A stretch of DNA of 62,431 bases, the filler included, from Dugesia japonica (lineage: Eukaryota), in the NCBI GenBank assembly GCA_001938525.1. It is 6 parts of 6 records of this genome, joined end to end, with 100 filler letters (N's around TTAATTAATTAA, not from the genome) between each part and the next. Parts side by side here need not be neighbours in the genome. Positions count along the whole stretch, not along the records: positions 21,775 to 31,295 come from MQRL01504529.1; positions 31,396 to 41,593 come from MQRL01547312.1; 4 more parts are not named here. One strand, given 5' to 3'. Each line of letters begins with the position of its first letter. The first letter of the stretch is position 1. This document shows positions 26,950 to 39,008 of the stretch, piece after piece. A program made the position numbers and the translations under genes. The notes under the pieces were generated by a model. That model was not told the DNA's origin, did no database searches, and saw nothing but the letters and a program-made list of their open reading frames with translations.

Positions 26950-28150
26950 CAATTATTTAGATGCTCGAATGAGAGGTAGAAGGACACGATTCAGGATTAG
27001 TTTTGTTAAACATAAATGAAATAATGTTGTCAATAATAGAGTATATTTCAACAGTTGATGGTGCATATACGAAACTAACCTTTACTTCCAAATCTAAATA
27101 TAATTCATTAAATTATGATAGAAAATGTTTCTTCTGGTGTTTACTGGAATCTCTCAGATTAAATAAAGAAAAACATTAAAGAAATGAAAAAGTTACAAAT
27201 CGTCTATTAAATTCTATGAGTTATATAGATAATTTAATGAGGATTATTAAATGAATTACCCAATTTTAATCGACTATATTAAAACGTTTAAGTTGAAAAA
27301 TAATATTTTAGTGAATGTTTTTCAAATTATTAAATATAAAGTAGTTACTCCACTAATAAAGAACATTTGAAATGGGAAATTAGCGAAGTAGATGAAATTC
27401 ATTGTACAAATATCTTTTGTGATGAAGAGGAAGATAATAAATCTCTAGAATTAAAAAGTTATTATGCTTTATGTACAGATGTGAGTACATTTTTTAAAAA
27501 GAAAATAAATAGACATAGAGTATATTCATGTTTAAATTGTTTGATAGCCTTTTCTTATGAAGAAGGGTTATAAAAACATCGGAGTTTATGTTTAAAACAT
27601 GATTCCATGAGAAATAAATTTCATAAAGACGAATATTTCAGATATAATAAATTTAATTTTAAAAACAAAACGCTTTTTGTAATAATGGCAGATTTTGAGG
27701 CATATAGTATAAAAGAACCATAAAATTTGAAAATTTAGAAAAAAAAAGAACCAAAAATGACAAATAATCTGAAATCCAGTGCAGAACTAGTTCGAGACCA
27801 CGATCATTATTCTGGTGAATTTCATGAATTGGTATGAAAAAATTGTGATTTAAACTCAGAATAAATTTGTGCTTTTATACTTTCATAACGGAAGTAAATA
27901 TGATATTCATCTAATATTTTTCGAACTTTTTTAAAATTAAATATAAAACCACTCGCTAAATTAGATGAAGAGTGTATTTCTTCACAGATTGGGTGTATAA
28001 GAATCCTCGACTCTTTTAGATAACCAATATCATCATTAGAACAGTTAGGTTTAATTTTAAAACCAGAACACTGCGAGATTTTAGACTAAACAGTTTATTG
28101 ATTAATAATAAACCAACGAAGGAAATTTACCCATATAACTATATTTGGAG
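26950..28150 (+). pseudogene. Polinton protein-primed DNA polymerase B remnant A (N-terminal and exonuclease part)
   Basis: KCFFWCL, YSCLNCL....EGL*KH..LC, FVIMADFEA, VRDHDHYSGEF (EndoVII-like insert), FHNGSKYDIHLI and IRILDSFR. Confidence 0.85.
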
Positions 28151-28199
28151 AGAAAAGAAGAAGCATTTGTAAGAATTAATGTAAGAAGCTAGGATGTTA

Positions 28200-31100
28200 T
28201 ATGATAAAAGATTATACAAGAAAATATTTAAAATAAATTTTAAATATTCAAGAAGATGGTGATTGAAAGAATTTCTAAATAGTAGATCAGTTATATGAAG
28301 AGGATATAGTATTACAAAATTTTATTGATAAAGAAAACATGGTTTTACAAAATTTTATTGATGAAGAAGAAGCGCTCGTACTTGGCTCTCTAAATGTTGT
28401 CGATAACTCAATAAATGAATCAGAAATTACAAATGATGAACTGCCATATCATAAAAGATCCGATCAGCATGGTGTTCTAATTGTCTCAACGGATTTAGAG
28501 ACGAAAATGCATTTGTGAAATATGAGCCAATTTGCAGGAGAATANAAACAGGCACCACTCCGTACACCATGGCAATCTAAATGAAATTGGAGTTTTCGGA
28601 TTACTACAAAACAATAACTCCGCCATATGTAATATATGCTGATTTTGGATCAGTATTGGCACTTGATGAGAAATATTTTAATAAACATTTATTCGTTTAA
28701 ACTGGACTGTTGTTGGTGTAAGGATTTGTGTTTAAGAAGATTTTTTAATTTTTATAATTTGCTTTGATATTATTTTATTTTTGAGGTTTTGTAGTATTTG
28801 TTATAAAAGTTGGATAAAGGTTGTTGTTTAAATATTACTGTTAGGTAATTCTTCAATTGGTAATTCATCTTCAAAATCACAACTATTTTTAGACATAATT
28901 TATTTCAGTTCACACAGCTATATCAATTATATAATTATATGAGAACAGAACCATATAAATATTTATCTACAATTTAATCGATTTCTTTTGGCTGAANNNN
29001 NNNNNNNNNNNNNNNNNNNNNNNNNNNNNNNNNNNNNNNNNNNNNNNNNNNNNNNNNNNNNNNNNNNNNNNNNNNNNNNNNNNNNNNNNNNNNNNNNNNN
29101 NNNNNNNNNNNNNNNNNNNNNNNNNNNNNNNNNNNNNNNNNTTTAATATTGGAATTTATATTTACGTTATTTAATATTAATAATAATTAAAGTATAATTT
29201 TTGTAGTTTAGAATTTTGCTGGAATTTAATATTCAGATCCAAGGAATTTTTATAAGAAGAAAGAAACAATCAATTTATTTTGTATGAACAAACCTTTGGA
29301 AACTAATTATAATTTTGTTATTGATACTACCCCTAACAGTTAGTAAACAATATTACCAATCAAGTTAAATACATCCAATTTATTTGAAATGACTATATAT
29401 ATGATGTTTTAAAACTGTATTGAAGAAATCAAGAATAATATTGTTTGCCCTTATTATATGAAAAAAGGAGATAACAAGTTATAATTAATCGTAGCACAAT
29501 AAATGGCATTTACAGCAGCTACTATATTTCATTTTTGTAAAAAGAATTAAAAAGTCCTGTTTGAGATCATGATCACTTTACATGATAGTATATGAGCGCA
29601 ACATGTAATGAATGCAAATTAAGCCGAAGAATAAATATACAACTTCATGTTGTATTTCATAATCTCAAAAGATATGATCTTCATCATATTCTCAACTATA
29701 ACTTGAATGAATTCACATAATGGAACTTCTCCTGTATTCCAACAATATGTGAGAAGTTCCTATGTTTGATTCACCAATCAAAAATCACAGTAAGATTCAT
29801 CGATAGTTATCAATTTATAATTTTATCATTGAACGCAGCAGTAATATCATTAAAATCGTTACCTTTGACGATAAATGAATTCAAAGATAGATGAAAAGCA
29901 ATGTAAAAGGAAATGTTTACATATAATCATGCTACCAGTTATTAAGTTCTGGAAGAAACAGTAAGCATGCCACCGAGATGGGATGAAGTAAATAAGGAGG
30001 AATATAAAATTTTATAATTACAATTATTGTGAGAATAATTGTTGGACTTAACCATTGATCGGATTTGAAATTTCATTNNNNNNNNNNNNNNNNNNNNNNN
30101 NNNNNNNNNNNNNNNNNNNNNNNNNNNNNNNNNNNNNNNNNAATTTTCGACAATAGTCTTCTTCAGGAACATGTTGGCTTCTTGAGATATTCAATGCAAT
30201 AGATCTTTGAATATAAAAAATCATTAAAAATTTGGGAAATAACTGGATATAATAACCTATTGGACTATATGATGGTGTATTTAAAGTTGAATGTTCCTGT
30301 TAGTTGAATCCTTTATAAGTTTCAGGCAAAGTTATGGGTGCATAGTAAAATGGAGCCATTAACATTCTTTGTATTGATGTCATTAAATAAGCCAATTGAA
30401 CTGTTGACTGATAATGATATGTATACTTTTTTCAAAAAATACCAAATTACTTTATATAGATATTAATAATCTATATGATTTGGTACTGAGTCAGAAGTTG
30501 CCGAAGCAGTATTGAATGAATGTAAATATTCAGACCTCAACTCGTTATCTTATAGATACACATTGGATGTGGATATGAATATACCGGCAAATTTTTAAGA
30601 TTACCTGAACATCTTTCAGTAGCAGCGGAACATCAAAGTCCTCCAAACTCAAAAGTGAAAAATATATTACTTACTCATTACCCGAAAATAAATTATGTTA
30701 TACAATGGAGGTTGATTCAAATATGTTTGCAATTAAGTGTACAGGTGACTAATATTCACAGAGTAGTGAAATTTGGTCAGGATACAATATTTAAAAATGA
30801 TATCAATAGAAATACAAAATTGAGATCAAAGTGTCAAACCGAGTAGGAGAAAATTATTTTAGATTATTAAACAACTGCTTGTATGGAAAAACAATAGAAA
30901 ATTTGAAAAGGGGAATAAATTTACGACTGTGCTATTCAGCGAAGAAATTAATAATTTATACTTCAAATGCTGGATTCAGGAAATGAATAAAAATCGCAGA
31001 TAATCTGATAGCTGTTCTTTCTACTAAGGAAATCGTTTGTTTGTATCATCCCAGCTACATTGGGCTAACTGCATTTGACCTCTCAAAATTAAGAATTTAC

Positions 31101-31260
31101 CAATTATGGTACATTGAGTTGGGAATGTATAGGAAAGAAATATATTGTAAAATAAATATAGTAGCCGGCAATACGGATAGTTTTTTCTGGAGGTTGTAGA
31201 TATTAGTTTGGAAAAGCTAATCGGATTGATGATGATGGATCAGATATTGAACACCTCGAA
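28200..31260 (+). pseudogene. Polinton pPolB remnant B (acidic leader, exonuclease, palm)
   Basis: PYVIYADF, DHDHFT..TCNEC, VFHNLKRYDLHHI, FIDSYQF, YIDINNLY...LSQKLP, LLNNCLYGKTIENL and AGNTDSF, with many stops. Confidence 0.88.
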
Positions 31261-31295
31261 TTATTTAATATAAATTTATATATTATTTTAATATA

Positions 31296-31395
31296 NNNNN
31301 NNNNNNNNNNNNNNNNNNNNNNNNNNNNNNNNNNNNNNNTTAATTAATTAANNNNNNNNNNNNNNNNNNNNNNNNNNNNNNNNNNNNNNNNNNNN
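31296..31395. other. Artificial contig linker
   Basis: 44N-TTAATTAATTAA-44N. Confidence 0.97.
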
Positions 31396-31469
31396 GAAAT
31401 TCCCAGGCACATGATTTTCAGTGTTTGTGTGTTGAATATTTATTGCATTTATGTATCAAAAATTCCCAG
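31396..31469 (+). repeat. 74-bp exact direct copy of 32623-32696 (Polinton subterminal repeat unit)
   Basis: GAAATTCCCAGGCACATG...AAAAATTCCCAG is identical at both positions. Confidence 0.9.
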
Positions 31470-33091
31470 TATGTGTGTGTGTGGGATTGTAATACAATTT
31501 GCATTTCTTGTCTAAACATTTTCTGGCATAGCTGTTTTGTCGGAACTTAATTGATCTTAATTAAGTATCATTATAGAAACTTTATGAATATATTATAAAA
31601 ATATCATTATTATATCATTATAACAGAAAAATAGAATCAAAAATCAAATTATTTAGGAGGGAAAGAAGTAATAAACGATAAATAAACAACAATATAATTT
31701 CGAGCAAAACTGTGAAAAAATATATATATTTAAGGAAAGCATGGAGAGTATCAAATGTATTATCCTAAAAGTAAAGATTCGGAAATAGCTGGTAACTATG
31801 GAATAACTATTTGGGCGTTAAATAAAACATTAAAAGAACTACACTTAAAAGCGCTATGAAAATATATGTAAATTTCATACCACACAAGATATATCAGACT
31901 TTTTTTGTTTAGAGCCACAGAAGGAAATTTTACAAGTTTGGAGAGAAGTGGGATAGTAGCGCACAAGCACACTTTGAACCCCAGAAGGGGGCTTACAATC
32001 GTACTATGATTTTTGTGCTTGTTTTATTTTTCTAAGATTTTTTGGATCAAAATTTTTTAGATTGGATTAAATTTTTTTTTTCATCGGATCAGAAATTTTT
32101 GATCCTGATAGTGTGTTTATTTTTAATTTTTAAAATTATTGTGTGTTTGAGTTGCTAAGGGGGTTAATTTAAAGTAGGTCAAGTTGAGTTTGTGTGTGTG
32201 TGAAAGAGTAGAAATAGATTTGAGGGAGGTCTGGGGATCTTGGAAATAATTTTTTTTGGGAGTTTTATGATATGGTTGTGGTTGGACAAAAATTCTGTCT
32301 ATATATTGTCTAAGGGACTTATATGGTAGGATGGATGGTTTGTACTAAAAGTAAGATAGCGCACAAGCACAGGTGTATGAGTTATTCTGGGGTGATTTTT
32401 TGGGAGGTTGTAGGTTGGACTTTTGTGGTTGATGAGTTGTTGGAAAGCCAATGTGATCGGGAGGATTTTGGATGTCGATTGTGCTTTAATTTCTGATTGG
32501 TTGTGGTTGAATTTGATTGGTTGGTGTTTGTAAGTAGTATAAGTGTGTTAAAAAAGATTTTCGGGAGGGGGAAAAGTGTATGGGTTGAAAGAGAATTAAT
32601 TATCGGATTTTAAAAATCAATAGAAATTCCCAGGCACATGATTTTCAGTGTTTGTGTGTTGAATATTTATTGCATTTATGTATCAAAAATTCCCAGGCAC
32701 GTGATTTTCAGTGTATGTGTGTTGCATTCGTGTTGCATCTGAGTTGCATACCTATTGCATTTATAATTAAAAACTATTTACAATAAGAGACTCTTATTAT
32801 TTCACTACTTATAAAGAAAATCATCGACTAGTCATAACAATTAAAAGGAATATTAACAAATCCTATCAATTTTAGCAAATATTAATCAATAGGAACTCAC
32901 AAATAACGAGTATGTGTGTATCGTAACTAGTATATAAGCAAAGATTTACATAAAATTAATTACTTTTACAACTCAAAGTGCAAGAAAATCAACTAACTAA
33001 GGAAAACGTGTCAACAATAACTGTATAACATGTTGAAAATTTATAGATTTCCATAATTACAAGTTGTTCTTTTTGTAGACTTCAATTATCT

Positions 33092-33420
33092 ATGACTTCA
33101 AAGTAATTATTTTTTATTTCATTTTATAAATTAATATGTTATTTTAGAAACCATTTTCAATTAAAAGATTCAAATTTAGTCTGCTTCTATCGGGAATTCA
33201 TGAGAAAGATAGAAATATATTGGAAGCTATGTTCGCTAGATTACGCCGTCAAATTGAAGTTAATGAGGCCATTTATAATGCCTTTAAAGAACGAGATGAA
33301 AACAATTATGAAGATGGCAGTCAATGGATGATTCAAGTGGAGATTAAAGGCTTCGAGAAATCAATTAATTCGGTAGGAGTTATATGGAAAATAAAAAATG
33401 TTGAAAAGAAGAAGAATTAA
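33092..33420 (+). CDS. Small unknown Polinton accessory gene with a probable 45-bp intron (33103-33147)
   Basis: ATG ACT TCA AA|GTAATT...TTTTAG|A continues in an open frame and overlaps ORF 33220-33420 in another frame. Confidence 0.4.
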
Positions 33421-33566
33421 TTTGAACTTATTACATGATTTTAATGAATTTGCTGTTATTTAATAAATATTTATTAATGTTGATTTGTTTTTTATTTAGT
33501 AAAAAGTTTTCTTTAACTTTCAATTATAAACCATGCACTAAAATATGAATTAATTAAAGAAAAAAG

Positions 33567-34196
33567 ATAGAAAGATTAAGAAATGATGCAGTCTATCAAA
33601 TTGTTGGGCCTAGCGGTAGTGGGAAAACATTGTTTATATGTCAATTATTGTAATCAAAGTTATTCAAGTCTAAATTTAAAAACATATACTGACATAGAGG
33701 CGCTGTTGAGGAGCATGAATTGACTAAATCTGAATTTTGTAATATTAAAATGAAAATTATAAATGGTTTTGATAAAAATTGGAACAAAAGATTAAGACCA
33801 GGTGATGTTATTGTTGTTGATGATCTGTATCAGGAGGCAAATAAAGAAAATTATTTCAATAATTTATTCACAAATATATAGAGACATCGTAATGTGACTG
33901 TTATATTTATTACTCAAAACCTATGTCATCAAAGGGGTAGTCATAGAACTCGCAATTTAAACGTGCAATATTTGGGTATATTCAAAAATCCTAGAAATCA
34001 AACTGTTGTTGATTTTCTAGCAAGGCAAGCATATCCCAATAACAGACAATTTCTCATTGAATCATTTCAAGATGCAACCGGAACACCACATGGATATCTA
34101 TTTCTAAACTTTACACAACAATGTCCAGATGATTATAGGGTGAGAACAGATATATTCAACCCTAATGGTATTACAGAATATAAACAAAATAGGTAA
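33567..34196 (+). pseudogene. A32/FtsK-like DNA packaging ATPase
   Basis: Walker A VGPSGSGKT and Walker B VIVVDDL, plus RHRNVTVIFITQNL, FKNPRN and HGYLFLNF, with premature stops. Confidence 0.93.
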
Positions 34197-34209
34197 TTTT
34201 TATTATATT

Positions 34210-34430
34210 ATGTAAAATAGCAAAGTTTAAGAAAATTGTAGTTGATTCAGTTACTGATGGTGATGTTGTTAAACAACGAAAAAAGCTGGATTTGAAGAAA
34301 AAGACAAAATAATCTTATAAGAAAAATTCCCATAAGAAACCATCTCATCGGAAAACGCATGCAAATAAGAAATAAAAATTGAAAAAGTTTAAAAAAACTT
34401 ACAAAAAGTAACAGAAAGAAACTNGAATTG
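34210..34430 (+). pseudogene. Small Lys/Arg-rich ORF, possible DNA-condensing core protein
   Basis: KQRKKLDLKKKTK*SYKKNSHKKPSHRKTHANKK, located directly after the ATPase. Confidence 0.4.
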
Positions 34431-34493
34431 ATGAATGGAAAATGTATATCATTATAAACAATTAACTGGTATGTCTTTGTTATTGAAATACAA

Positions 34494-34812
34494 ATGAAAT
34501 TAGAAAAACATATTCCGTTTTTTACTTCTTTGATTAAATCAAAATCAATGAGAACGAGAATTTTAGAATCGTTTCCACAATATATTACAGATGATTTACT
34601 TTAAATTATTATAAATATTGTTCGTGGTAATGTAAATTTGAGCGAAGCTGAAAAGGAAAGATTGAAAAAACAAAGAAAACCTTACTATTGCTAATAATTA
34701 TAAAACATAGAGATTGATGAGGAAAGTTATACGAGATAATCAAGGTGGTGGATTTATAGCAGCATTACTACCAATTACATTATCAGCATTAGGCTTAACT
34801 CATTTCAAATAA
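34494..34812 (+). pseudogene. Conserved small Polinton protein with C-terminal QGGG|FIAALLP motif
   Basis: MKLEKHIPFF..IINIVRGNVNL..ERLKKQ..NQGGGFIAALLPITLSALG, lying between ATPase and integrase; one stop and a frameshift. Confidence 0.75.
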
Positions 34813-34905
34813 ACAATTTACGCTTTTGACCAATATATTAATAAACAATAGGCGGATTGCAATCATTACCTAATTTTGACTTAAAATTTGCATCGAATTG
34901 TTGTA

Positions 34906-35922
34906 ATGGGGGAACTAAAGATAATATTGACGGATCCAAAAAACCCAGAAGGTTTTCGAGGCGTAGAAAAATTAATGAAAGCAGCTCAAAAAACGAAAAG
35001 AAAGACGAAAGAGTGGTTATCTGAACAGTTAGCGTACAGCATGAACAAACCAATTTCCAACAAAATCATACAAAACATATGGTAATGATGATTTTTGGCA
35101 AATGGATCTAATGAAGATGATTCCATATTCAAAAATTAATAAAGGGTACAAGTATATTTTGACATGTATNNNNNNNNNNNNNNNNNNNNNNNNNNNNNNN
35201 NCTGTTAAATCAAAATCTGCTAATGATATGGAACCAGCAATCAAGTCAATGTTTAAAAATGGACATCCAGATAATATACAAACGGATTTGGGTAAGGAAT
35301 TTTACAATTCCAAGGTGAAAAAACTTATAAATCATCTATGTATAAGCCATTATAGTGTATTCTCTGAGTATAAAGCTGCACATGTAGAGAGATTTATTGA
35401 GAGATGCATTGAAAAGATGCTTTGTACATGTTGATAAAAAGACTTGGATAAATGTTTTACCGAAGCTTATTCATAGTTATAATCATTCTGGTCATAAGGG
35501 ATAAATGGAGCAAGACCGGTTGATGTAAGTACAAACAATCAATTAAAGTTATGGTTATCGCGAAAACAACCAAAAGCAAATAAAAAATCAAAGTATAAAG
35601 TTGGCGATCATGTGAGAATCTCAAACATATTAGCTTCACAATTTATCAAGAATTTCAAAAGTAATTGGGGTGATGAAGTTTGTCGAATAACTAAAATCAA
35701 CATGAAACAAAATCCGGTCATATATGTTATTAAAGATTATGAGGATAATATCGTGTAAGGAAAATTCTATGAGCAAGAATTACACGTCATTCCACCACCA
35801 GAGATATAAAGAATAGAAACAAAAATCAAATCAAAAAATCAAAAAAGAATAAACATTACTATGTAAAGTGGCATGGATACAAAAAACCAGGTTGGATATT
35901 AGCATCACAAATAGTCAATTAG
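34906..35922 (+). pseudogene. Retroviral-like (rve) integrase with C-terminal chromo-like domain
   Basis: DPKNPEGFRG, WQMDL, NKGYKYILTC, IQTDLGKEFYN, KAAHVERF, KYKVGDHVRIS, KFYEQEL and YYVKWHGY...W. Confidence 0.93.
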
Positions 35923-35935
35923 GAAGAAATATCAG

Positions 35936-36992
35936 ATGAAATCGAGTAATTNCTATACACTGTTACCGAGTAATAGCTGTCCACTTATTCATCCTGAGAA
36001 TAATGCTAGTAAATTCATTGTTGAGCTACAAAATACAATTTATATGGATGGTAGTTGGGAAGTTGCTATATTCTCTATTTCCTATATTATCTATTTCCTG
36101 TATAAAACAAGTCGAAAATTGAATACATGACTGCAAAAAATATATTGAATGAAATAACTGAAACAATAAATAACAAGGAAAAAACACTTAGTGTTGATCA
36201 AAAAAAAAATTGAAATATTTGAAAAGAATCTCATAAGATTTTATTGTGATTTTCCATATGTTTTCATATTTTAAGATGCAAATATTGTACACTTAGGATT
36301 TAAATCTAACAAATTATCAAAAGAATTTGGTCATATCTAAGTAAACTTTGCAAATGATGACACAGTACAAAAAGTAAAAATTAAAGTAGCTTATACAGTG
36401 GTGAATTATCACACTTTTCAGTTTAAATATGATATCTACATATCAGAATTGGAACAATTAAGTAAATATTTGACAGAAAATTGCACTCAAATATTTAAGA
36501 AATGTCTTATAAATGCAGATACATATTTTGAATTCGAGCTACAAGATGATGTCAAAAAAGTTTTATTTGATGTCTTGACAAGAACATTAGGATTAGACAA
36601 ACAACAATATTCTCCCATAGATATGAAGGGAGGCGAGTTCAAAGCTATTACCAAATCGAAAATAATGAAGTTACATTAGCAAATGTTCATCTATAGTAAC
36701 CTTGTTGAATCTATAATTGTAAGTGATGTTAGTGTACCTTTGTTGAAATTAATATGGATAGAAAAANNNNNNNNNNNNNNNNNNNNNNNNNNNNNNNNNN
36801 NNNNNNNNNNNNNNNNCTGATGAAGTAGTACAAATAATAATTGAGAATCCAATGTATTTACCTATTGCAACATCATGTATAAACAATATAGAAATTAATA
36901 TCCGCGATGATAATATAAAATTAATCAAATTTCCAAAACATTCAAAAACCCATTTAACTTTACATTTCAGAAAACTAAGTAATGAATCCTGA
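35936..36992 (+). pseudogene. Minor capsid (penton) protein
   Basis: N-terminal LPSNS...PENNASKFIVEL....MDGSWEVA and C-terminal MFIYSNLVESIIVSDVSVPLLK, NPMYLPI, IEINIRDD and LTLHFR. Confidence 0.85.
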
Positions 36993-37430
36993 TATTTTTT
37001 CAATGTATAGTACTAGTCAAGCAGATGGAGAATTGCCTTACTTTCTTGGAAAACAGTATGGATCCGGTTGGTTGAGAACAATAGGGAGATTTGCTTTGCC
37101 TATTCTTAAACGTATTGGTTCATTTGGTATGAAAACAATTCAGGATGTACTAGCTAATGACGGAAAAATACTACCAACATTGAAATCTAATGCATTAGCT
37201 GAGCTTGGAAATGTTATGTCATCATTATCTAGTAGAGTAACCAGTATGATTCCAAAAGTAGCAAACATATTACCGCAAAGTATAACTAACAAAATACCAT
37301 CTGAAATAACTAATATGCTATCAAATCAAGTCAAGACACCACAAAATAGTTGAAAACGTAAGAAATCTCATGGATCACGTATAAACAAACGAATGAGAGG
37401 TCATGGAACAATATTTGACAAATGGTTTGC
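36982..37430 (+). pseudogene. Polinton protein between minor and major capsid genes (QYGSG|W amphipathic, candidate membrane-lytic protein)
   Basis: YSTSQADGELPYFLGKQYGSGWLRTIGRFALPILK; a basic tail KRKK..RINKR..TIF continues beyond the stop at 37351. Confidence 0.75.
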
Positions 37431-38598
37431 GGTAAAACTGAATTATTTATTTTTGATCGACCATCTCCTCAAGCTGTTTTGAAGATGTCTTTACTATGAA
37501 TTCAATTTCTGAATCACAAAGTGACATGGAGTTTTTTATAATTGGATCTCAAACCGAATATTTGGATTTGAATGATATTTTATTGTATATTAAAGTGAAG
37601 GTGGTTGATAAGACTGGTAAAGATTTGACTGACACTCATGATGCAGTTCCAAGTAATTATATGCTGCATACTATTTTCAAGGATGTACTTCTTTCGTTTA
37701 ATAATTTTAAAATTGAAGGTGGAAATGGATCTTATCTTCACAAAGCATTGATTGAAACTATAATAAAGTATAATGGTGATAGTAAGAAATNTCTGTCATG
37801 CAACAATGGGATATAAATCAGAAGCAGATGGGAAAAAGTCTATTAAAATATCAAAACAATTGTCTCTATTCGGTTCATTGCAATTAGATTTCATGCATCA
37901 ACCAAAATACCTTATTCCTGTTGTTAATGTTAAGATTTGTTTGTAATCTGCAGCTAATGAACCTAAATATGTATTACTAGATGCAAAATTAATGGTTAGG
38001 CGAGTATGAGTTGAACCCTCAGTACTAGCTTCTCGTCAAATGGGACTAAAAATCAAAATTCTGATTATCCAATAAGAACCAAAGAAATCGTTGCATTTGC
38101 AATTAGTAAAGATAGTTCATCGTTTTATAAGGAACAAATCTTTGGTGATCGTTGATTACCTAGCCTTAATTTGGTTACATTCCAAAGTGGTTAACAATAT
38201 AATGGTAGCTATAAAATATCGAGTTCAACATTTCAAAATCTAGATGTTGTTTCTGCTTCCTTGACGAAAAACACTGATTATCGAGAAATATATACTCAAA
38301 ATTTTACAAACGATAATTATACCGCAACATATATGCAATCTATAGTACGAAATATGGGATATTTGGATAAGAATGTGAATTGTTGAATAACACTTCAAGA
38401 TTTTAAGGATAATTATCCATTCTTTAAATTTGTTCTTGCTCCATATTTTGATATAAATCAGAGTCAATTACTTCAACAAGGAAATTTGAGATTGGATATC
38501 AAGTTTGTCAAGGCTTTAACTACTCGGCATATGTTATAATTTATGGAGTATTTGAAAAAGAAATTCAGATTAAAGAAAACGGGACAGTATTAGTGTAA
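37422..38598 (+). pseudogene. Major capsid protein (double jelly-roll, hexon-like)
   Basis: MVCGKTELFIF..PSPQ, EFFI....EYLDLNDILLYIKVKV, NYMLHTIF, SYLHKALIETI, LDFMHQPKYLIP and GNLRLDIKF, with frameshifts and stops. Confidence 0.92.
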
Positions 38599-38626
38599 AC
38601 AATATGTTGTGTAATTAGTACATATT

Positions 38627-39008
38627 ATGAAGTAAGTGTTTTTATATTAATGAGTTTTATTTTAATAGTACTATTCAGATTGATCTGATTCCATCAAAGT
38701 GGCTTGGATCAGCATGGTTAGGTGTTTATACGTTAGATAAACTTCCAAATTATATTTCAGTAAACTATAACTTAATTGTCAATACTCATACATCAAATCT
38801 AGGTGGAGAACATTGGATAGTTGTTTACAATAAATTTGCACATATACTTGTATTCGATCCATTAGCATTTTATTATCCATCAATGTTGGTGTCACACTTA
38901 TCGAAAATATCAAAGCCAATAGTCTACAATAAAATCCGATATCAAGATCCATTTACAACTATATGTGGTCAACACTGTTTATTATGGTTGAAAAAACATT
39001 GTACTTGA
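38627..39008 (+). CDS. Adenain-like capsid-maturation cysteine protease, spliced (38627-38631 + 38669-39008), 114 aa, intact
   Basis: MN|TIQID..WLGVYTLDKLP..IVNTHTSNLGGEHWIVV..VFDPL..RYQDPFTTICGQHCLLWL. Catalytic His, Asp and Cys and the oxyanion Gln are all present, with a 37-bp GTAAGT..TAATAG intron. Confidence 0.9.

Noticed and set aside
25786-31944. Pairing the termini of piece 3 with the terminus of piece 4 as one element
   Set aside because: They point away from each other and are separated by an artificial linker, so no TSD can be tested.
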